Assembly (NCBI GenBank): GCA_017847725.1
Contig: JAGAXW010000025.1
Location: 4,067 to 68,066 of the forward strand
Origin: Prevotella sp.
GTDB taxonomy: Bacteria > Bacteroidota > Bacteroidia > Bacteroidales > Bacteroidaceae
DNA: 64,000 nt
Direction: 5' to 3'
This document shows positions 57,787 through 64,000 of this stretch, piece after piece. The position numbers were made by a program, and so were the translations under genes. The notes under the pieces were generated by a model. It did no database searches and was not told the DNA's origin. It saw only the letters and a program-made list of their open reading frames with translations. Every line of letters begins with the position of its first letter. Position 1 is the stretch's first letter.

Positions 57787-60700
57787 ATGAAGAAATCTTT
57801 ACTCTTACTTTTTCTGCTATTTCTGACGCTGACAGCGAGCGCGCTGCAGCTTCACGATGTGACGATAGACGGCGTGTCGTACAATTTGAACCCCAATACG
57901 CGGGAGGCCCGTGTGAACTGGCGCGACGGCGCCTCGGGCACCAATCTCGTGATACCTGCCACCATCTACTGTACGGAGGGCGAGTATACCGGCACCTATA
58001 AGGTGACGGAAATCTACCGCTCGTTCTACCTGGACGACAAACTCGTGAGCATCACCATCGGCTCGAACGTAAAGAGCATCAGCTACGAGGCGTTCTACAA
58101 GTGTGAGAACCTTGAGTCGGTCACCTTCGAGAGTGGTTCCTGCCTGACGGAAATCGGTAGGGAGGCCTTCTATGACTGCAAGAAGCTGAAAGCAATAGAC
58201 ATCCCATCAAATGTCAAGACGATAGGGCAAGGTGCTTTCAAACAGTGTGAGGCATTAAACAACGTAAGCCTTCCATACGAAATATCACTCATCGACGAAC
58301 AGGTGTTCAGCTACTGCACGTCGCTGGGCTATATCTACCTGCCGAGTAATGTGAAGACGATAAAGGTAAATGCCTTTAGCCACTGTACAACGCTGAGTAG
58401 TATGTATATAGATGACGTACAGACGCTGGAGGGCGGAGCCTTCTATGCCTGTACCGGTCTGAAGAGTATAACGATTCCTGCCAGCGTGACCCGCATGACG
58501 GGCAACCCGTTCTCAGGGTGTACGTCGCTGGCGACGGTGACCATCAATTCGGGTAACAGCTCGTTCAAACTGGTAGACGACGTGGTCTACACCACAGATA
58601 TGAAGCAGCTGGTGTTCTGCCTGACGTCCAAGTCGGGCGACTATAGCATTCCCAGTGGTGTCACTGAGATTTCGTCCTCGGCATTCAACAGCTGCTCTAA
58701 GCTGACAGCCATCACCATTCCTGCCACGGTCAGCGAGATAGGCTACACGGCCTTCTACCTGTGTGCCGGACTGACGGAGATGACCGTGCCCGAGGGCGTC
58801 AGCATCATTGATAGCGGCACCTTCGGCGGCTGTACGAAGATGGCTACGCTCCGCCTGCCCAGCACCATCACGAATATCTACAGTCAGGCCTTTGCGGGTA
58901 TCGGCACCGGACTGAAGACTCTTTACCTCGACGCTACCACTGTGCCCAAAACCAGTCTGGATGCTTTCTACGGCACGACCGTCAGTGACGCCACGCTCAT
59001 GGTGCCCCAGTCGGCCGTCGAAGAATATAGGTTGGCCAATCCTTGGAGGGAATTCGGCACCATCAACGGCGCCTATCCCCCCAGCACGCAGACCTTCAAG
59101 GCCAAAAACGCCGACGGCATCGAAATCCTCTATAAGATTATCGACCACGACAGGTATCATGTGCAGATAGGCGACGGCACCAATGCCGCCATCAGCACCT
59201 CGACGGCCGGCGTGCTTAATCTGCCAGGATTAGCCGACGGCTATATCGTGGACGGCATTGGCGCCAATGCCTTCAAGAACTGTTCGCAGCTGACGGAGGT
59301 CATCATCGACGGATGGATCGGCAGCATAGGCAGCGGTGCCTTCAGCGGCTGTACGGGACTGACCGCCGTCACCAACAGCTCCGTTGAGGCCTACGACATT
59401 CCCGACGACGCCTTCCCCACATCGGTATACAACAATGCTACGCTCTATGTGACGGATGGTCTGGTCAGTGTCTTCCGTGCCGCCAAGGGCTGGAAGAACT
59501 TCTCCACCATCATGGCCGCCGTCGTCATCAACAGCGGTATGCAGACCATTAAGGTGAACAGCAAGGAGGGTATCGAGGTGACGTACACCATCAACCACAG
59601 CCAGAAGACACTGACCGTAGGAAATACGGCAGCGAGCAAAGACACCGACAAGTGGGCTGTCGCCTCTTCAGCGACTGGCGTGCTGACCATCCCGTCGGCT
59701 ATTGCCGGCTACAAGGTGACAGAGGTGGGCAGCTATGCGTTCTTTTCCAGTAATATTGAGGAGGTGCGCCTTCCCCATACGGTGACCAAGCTGCAAGACG
59801 ATGCTTTCCAATCTGCAAAAAAGCTGTCGCGCCTGTACCTTTCGAAGAACCTGCAGTCCATCGGCGAGGACGCCTTAGCAGATATGTACAAGGACTGTAT
59901 GGTAGTGCTTCCCATGGCTACCCCATTGACGCTCAGTGAATATAATTATATAAGAGGTTTTGAGAACGACAACTATACCCTCTGCGTCCCGTCGGCCAGT
60001 CTGAGCAGCTATAAGAATGCAACGGGTTGGAAAAACTGGAAGAACTTCGACGTCATCTACCTGGCGCCCACGACGACCTTCACGAAAAAGACCGCCGAGA
60101 ATGTCGAGATGACCTTTAAGATTACCGATTACGACAACTACCTCGTGCAGATAGGCGACGGCACGAATGCGGCCATCAGCACCTCGACCTCGGGCACCAT
60201 CACCATCCCCGAGCAGTTGTGGCCCTACAAGATTACCACGATTGCCGCCAACGCCTTCAAGGGCTGCACGTCGCTGACCAAGGTGGTCAACATGTCGGAA
60301 GATGTCTACGACATTGCCGACAATGCCTTCGCACAGCAGACCTATAACAATGCGACCCTGCAGGTGCTCGTCGGAAAGGAGGCAGAATATGCCGCTGCCC
60401 AGGGCTGGAAGAACTTCAAGAAGGTGGAATCCACCATTACGGCGGGCACAGCCAACATTACGACCAAGACGGCCGAGGGTGTGGAGGTATATTACACCGT
60501 GTCCGACTATGCTGGTAAGAAACTGACGGTGGGAGGCAAGAAAGTAAGTTACTCCAAGGTTGCTGCCGTCGACAGCGAAGCGGAGGGAACACTGACCATC
60601 CCGTCGTCAATAGCCGGATTCACGGTGACGGCGATAGATGAGAATGCTTTCAAAGGCTGTGCCAAACTGACGGCCGTGCACCTGCCAGCCACGATAGCCA

Positions 60701-62103
60701 GTGTCGGAAAGAATGCCTTCTATGGATGTAAAGCCATAAAGACCATCAAGGTCAGCAGCGCAAACAGCGTCTACCGTTCGGATGTCAATGACAAGGCACT
60801 CATCGAGAAGGCCACCGACAAACTGATATACCTGGCCGGCGACGCTCAGGTGCCTGCCGGCGTCAAAATCATCGGAAACTATGCCATCGATGGTAAATAC
60901 TATGCCGGAGGTATGATTATTCCGGAGGGCGTCACTACCATGCTGGACAACGCACTGCGTTTTCCAAGGGAAATGAGTACGCTCGTCTTGCCTTCCACGC
61001 TCACCAAATTAGGAGAGTCGTCGTCTGGATGCGTCGTGATGAGCTCTTTCCTGCAGCGCATCATCGTGAAGGCAACGACGCCCGTTGAGGCACCGGAAAA
61101 AGCCGATGCGTTCTATTCGTCAGTTAAGAGTGCTACACTCTATGTGCCCAAGGGCAGCAAGGCAGCCTATACGGCCAGCGAAACGTGGGGCAGCTTTGCG
61201 AACATCGTGGAATACGACCCAGCCGATGCCGACATAACCCCCGAGGCACAGATCATGAAGATAGACAACCAGATGACGATGGTAGGCTATACGGGTGGCG
61301 CGGAATCGGGCAATGTCTCGGCTAAGGTTGTCAAGATAGCAGCTAAGGCCTTCGCCTATAATAGCAGGGTCAAGACCGTCAACTTTATGGGAGAGAACCA
61401 AGTGCAGATAGAGTCCGGGGCGTTTAGTGATTGTTACGCCTTGGTGGCATTCACCTTCCCGCACACCCTGTCCAGCTACTATCGTACGACGCTGTCTTCG
61501 CAGTCTAAGAAGATGAAGTCACGCTTCAAACCATCAGCTACGTGGACTACCTTCTGGACACCGGTGGCGATGGAGGTGCCCGAGGGCGTGGAGGCTTACG
61601 TGCCTGGCCGCGTCGTCGGTAGTGACGCCAAGGTGGAGATGAAGCGCGTGGAGACCATCAATGCCAGCCAGGGCGTGGTGCTCTATGCTGAGACTCCTAA
61701 CGAGGAGGTCGTGGGTGAGCTGACATACGACACGTACTACGGCACTAATCTGCTCGAGACTGTCGAGTCGGCTAAAACCGTGAGCGCGACATCCGACGGC
61801 AAGACCCATTTCCTGTTGGCTACAGATGCGTCGGGCAATCCTGTGTTCAAGAAGGCTACGGGCACCACCCTGCAGGCATATACCGCCTTCCTGTCTGTTC
61901 CGTCGTCCAGCCTGTCCAGTGGCGTGAGCGTCCTACCCGTCGTGACAGACAGTGGCGTGCTGGGCATCGACGCTGTGGAACAGAATGGTGGGCAGACGGG
62001 CATAGACCGTGACGCTCCTGTGTATAACCTCAGCGGACAGCGGGTATACAATCCCACTCGCGGACTCTATATCGTGAACGGTCGGAAGGTCGTCATCAAA
62101 TAG
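57787..62103 (+). CDS. BspA-like leucine-rich repeat surface protein with T9SS-type tail
   Basis: Signal peptide, many I...AF..C..L..I.IP repeats, four related internal modules and YNLSGQRV...NGRKVVIK. Confidence 0.9.
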   Translation: MKKSLLLLFLLFLTLTASALQLHDVTIDGVSYNLNPNTREARVNWRDGASGTNLVIPATIYCTEGEYTGTYKVTEIYRSFYLDDKLVSITIGSNVKSISYEAFYKCENLESVTFESGSCLTEIGREAFYDCKKLKAIDIPSNVKTIGQGAFKQCEALNNVSLPYEISLIDEQVFSYCTSLGYIYLPSNVKTIKVNAFSHCTTLSSMYIDDVQTLEGGAFYACTGLKSITIPASVTRMTGNPFSGCTSLATVTINSGNSSFKLVDDVVYTTDMKQLVFCLTSKSGDYSIPSGVTEISSSAFNSCSKLTAITIPATVSEIGYTAFYLCAGLTEMTVPEGVSIIDSGTFGGCTKMATLRLPSTITNIYSQAFAGIGTGLKTLYLDATTVPKTSLDAFYGTTVSDATLMVPQSAVEEYRLANPWREFGTINGAYPPSTQTFKAKNADGIEILYKIIDHDRYHVQIGDGTNAAISTSTAGVLNLPGLADGYIVDGIGANAFKNCSQLTEVIIDGWIGSIGSGAFSGCTGLTAVTNSSVEAYDIPDDAFPTSVYNNATLYVTDGLVSVFRAAKGWKNFSTIMAAVVINSGMQTIKVNSKEGIEVTYTINHSQKTLTVGNTAASKDTDKWAVASSATGVLTIPSAIAGYKVTEVGSYAFFSSNIEEVRLPHTVTKLQDDAFQSAKKLSRLYLSKNLQSIGEDALADMYKDCMVVLPMATPLTLSEYNYIRGFENDNYTLCVPSASLSSYKNATGWKNWKNFDVIYLAPTTTFTKKTAENVEMTFKITDYDNYLVQIGDGTNAAISTSTSGTITIPEQLWPYKITTIAANAFKGCTSLTKVVNMSEDVYDIADNAFAQQTYNNATLQVLVGKEAEYAAAQGWKNFKKVESTITAGTANITTKTAEGVEVYYTVSDYAGKKLTVGGKKVSYSKVAAVDSEAEGTLTIPSSIAGFTVTAIDENAFKGCAKLTAVHLPATIASVGKNAFYGCKAIKTIKVSSANSVYRSDVNDKALIEKATDKLIYLAGDAQVPAGVKIIGNYAIDGKYYAGGMIIPEGVTTMLDNALRFPREMSTLVLPSTLTKLGESSSGCVVMSSFLQRIIVKATTPVEAPEKADAFYSSVKSATLYVPKGSKAAYTASETWGSFANIVEYDPADADITPEAQIMKIDNQMTMVGYTGGAESGNVSAKVVKIAAKAFAYNSRVKTVNFMGENQVQIESGAFSDCYALVAFTFPHTLSSYYRTTLSSQSKKMKSRFKPSATWTTFWTPVAMEVPEGVEAYVPGRVVGSDAKVEMKRVETINASQGVVLYAETPNEEVVGELTYDTYYGTNLLETVESAKTVSATSDGKTHFLLATDASGNPVFKKATGTTLQAYTAFLSVPSSSLSSGVSVLPVVTDSGVLGIDAVEQNGGQTGIDRDAPVYNLSGQRVYNPTRGLYIVNGRKVVIK

Positions 62104-62131
62104 TCTCAATCAGACAGCATAAATATATCGT

Positions 62132-64000
62132 ATGAATAATTGGAAGAAATACCTGCCAGATGTACTGGTGATTGTGCTTTTTGTGCTCATTGCGTTTGCC
62201 TACTTTTTCCCTGCCGACATAGAGGGGCGTATCCTGTATCGTCACGACACATCGGCGGGACGCGGGGCAGGACAGGAAATGGTGGAATACCAACAGCGTA
62301 CGGGCGAACTGCCACGATGGACGAACGCCTTGTTCGGTGGCATGCCTACCTACCAGATGGCTCCGTCGTATAAGAGCACGGCACCGCTGTCGGCAGCTGA
62401 GAAGGCTTTCCATCTGTGGCTGCCCGAGAATGTGTGGTATGTGTTTGTCTACCTGCTGGGTTTCTATATCCTGCTGCGCGCCTTCGACTTCCGCCAGTAT
62501 CTGGCGGCGCTGGGCGCTGTGATATGGGCCTTCAGCAGCTATTTCTTCATTATTATTGCCGCAGGACATATCTGGAAGGTCGTTGCCCTGGGCTACCTGC
62601 CGCCCATGATAGCGGGCGTGGTGCTGGCCTATAGGGGAAAGTATCTGTGGGGCATGCTCGTCACGGCCGTCTTTGCGGCGCTGGAGATCAAGGCCAACCA
62701 CGTGCAGATGACCTACTACTATCTGTTTATCATCCTGGCCATGGTGCTGGCCTTCGTCATCGACGGTTTGCGGAAGCGCGACTATCGCCACCTGCTGAAG
62801 GCCACGGGGGCCTGTCTGGCGGCTGCGCTGATAGGTGTCAGTCTGAACCTCTCGAATCTGTACCACACGTGGCTCTATGGACAGGAGTCGATGCGTGGCG
62901 CCAGTGAGCTGGTGAAGAAGAATGCCACCAACCAGACCAGCAGTGGGCTGGACCGTGACTATATCACGCAGTGGAGCTACGGCATCGACGAGACGTGGAC
63001 GCTGCTGGTGCCTAATGCGAAGGGAGGAGCCAGTGTGCCGCTGACCCAGAGCAAGAAGGCCATGGAGCATGCCGACGACTATTATATGAGCGTCTACCAG
63101 CAGATGGGTCAATACTGGGGCGACCAGCCTATGACTGCGGGCCCCGTCTATGTGGGTGCCTTCGTGCTGACGCTCTTCGTGCTGGGCCTCTTTATCGTCA
63201 AGGGACCGCTGAAGTGGATGCTGCTTGCCGTCACCGTGCTCTCCGTGCTGCTGTCGTGGGGGCGCAACTTCATGCCGTTTACCGACTTCTTCCTCGACTA
63301 TGTCCCGATGTATGCCAAGTTCCGAACGGTGGCTTCCATCCTCGTGATAGCCGAGTTTACAATACCGCTGTTGGCCATGCTGGCGCTGAAGCAGTGGATA
63401 GAACTGAACAAGGACGCCAGCGCACAGCCTGCCGCCAAGGCGCTGCGCGCGCTGATAGCGGCCTTTGCCCTGACGGGTGGCGTAGCCCTGCTCTTCGCCC
63501 TGATGCCAAAGGTGTTCTTCCCCGACTTCGTCAGTTATAGCGAACAGCAGGCGCTAAGCCAGATACCGGCTGAGTATCTGACGCCCCTGCTCCAGAATCT
63601 GACTGAGATGCGCGTCGCCGTGTTCACTGCCGACTGCTGGCGCTCCTTCTGGATTATCGTGGTCGGTACGGCCTGTCTGCTGCTCTACAAGGCACAGAAG
63701 TTGAAGGCTGCATGGATGGTGGGCCTGCTGCTCCTGCTCTGTCTGGGAGATATGTGGCAGGTGAACAAGCGCTACCTGAACGACGAGATGTTTGTGTCGG
63801 CCTCCGTACGCGAGGAGCCTATCCAGAAGTCTACCGCCATCGACTATATCCTGCAGGACAAGTCGCTCGACTATCGAGTGCTCAACCTGGCCACGTCGAC
63901 CTTCAATGAGAACGAGACTTCATACTACGTGAAGAGCATCGGCGGCTATCATGCTGCCAAGCTGCGTCGCTATCAAGAGCTGATAGATGCCTATATCGCT
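62132..64000 (+). CDS. YfhO-family multi-TM protein (partial, runs off the window)
   Basis: [11 protein letters not shown]..., [22 protein letters not shown] and YAKFRTV. It is absent from the ORF track because there is no stop in the window. Confidence 0.85.
   Translation, partial: MNNWKKYLPDVLVIVLFVLIAFAYFFPADIEGRILYRHDTSAGRGAGQEMVEYQQRTGELPRWTNALFGGMPTYQMAPSYKSTAPLSAAEKAFHLWLPENVWYVFVYLLGFYILLRAFDFRQYLAALGAVIWAFSSYFFIIIAAGHIWKVVALGYLPPMIAGVVLAYRGKYLWGMLVTAVFAALEIKANHVQMTYYYLFIILAMVLAFVIDGLRKRDYRHLLKATGACLAAALIGVSLNLSNLYHTWLYGQESMRGASELVKKNATNQTSSGLDRDYITQWSYGIDETWTLLVPNAKGGASVPLTQSKKAMEHADDYYMSVYQQMGQYWGDQPMTAGPVYVGAFVLTLFVLGLFIVKGPLKWMLLAVTVLSVLLSWGRNFMPFTDFFLDYVPMYAKFRTVASILVIAEFTIPLLAMLALKQWIELNKDASAQPAAKALRALIAAFALTGGVALLFALMPKVFFPDFVSYSEQQALSQIPAEYLTPLLQNLTEMRVAVFTADCWRSFWIIVVGTACLLLYKAQKLKAAWMVGLLLLLCLGDMWQVNKRYLNDEMFVSASVREEPIQKSTAIDYILQDKSLDYRVLNLATSTFNENETSYYVKSIGGYHAAKLRRYQELIDAYIA

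Noticed and set aside
62096-63909. Several short ORFs listed at the right end
   Set aside because: All overlap the unlisted YfhO-family reading frame that starts at 62132.

Overview
This is a Bacteroidota window, most likely Prevotella-like, judged from TAnnTTTG/TTTG promoters, SusC/SusD loci and T9SS C-terminal tails. Bases 1 to ~9.3 kb are an AT-richer integrative mobilizable element inserted at the 3' end of tRNA-Lys(TTT); its other end lies outside the window. It encodes an excisionase, tyrosine integrase, SF3-like helicase, Toprim primase, MOBV-type relaxase, an orphan MNT nucleotidyltransferase and small unknown proteins. Its non-coding DNA is highly organised: three copies of a TCGTA-N12-TACGA dyad, each 41 bp from a -7 promoter box; an iteron-type candidate origin; a promoter/terminator-defined antisense RNA; a MOBV-like oriT; an array of six TTG-N9-CAA boxes; and a ~100-nt structured RNA candidate. 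The GC-richer remainder holds tdk and rsmI, two tandem SusC-SusD-zinc peptidase-DUF4302-BACON loci followed by T9SS cargo (an M6 protease), folE, an in-frame DoxX-like/triosephosphate isomerase fusion, a CCA enzyme, an RND pump with an LpxA paralog, ftsX-uppP-truB-queA-folK-GH28, rpsO, typA, mtnN-luxS, a large BspA-like LRR protein and a partial YfhO. Family names come from motif recognition by eye; no searches were run.
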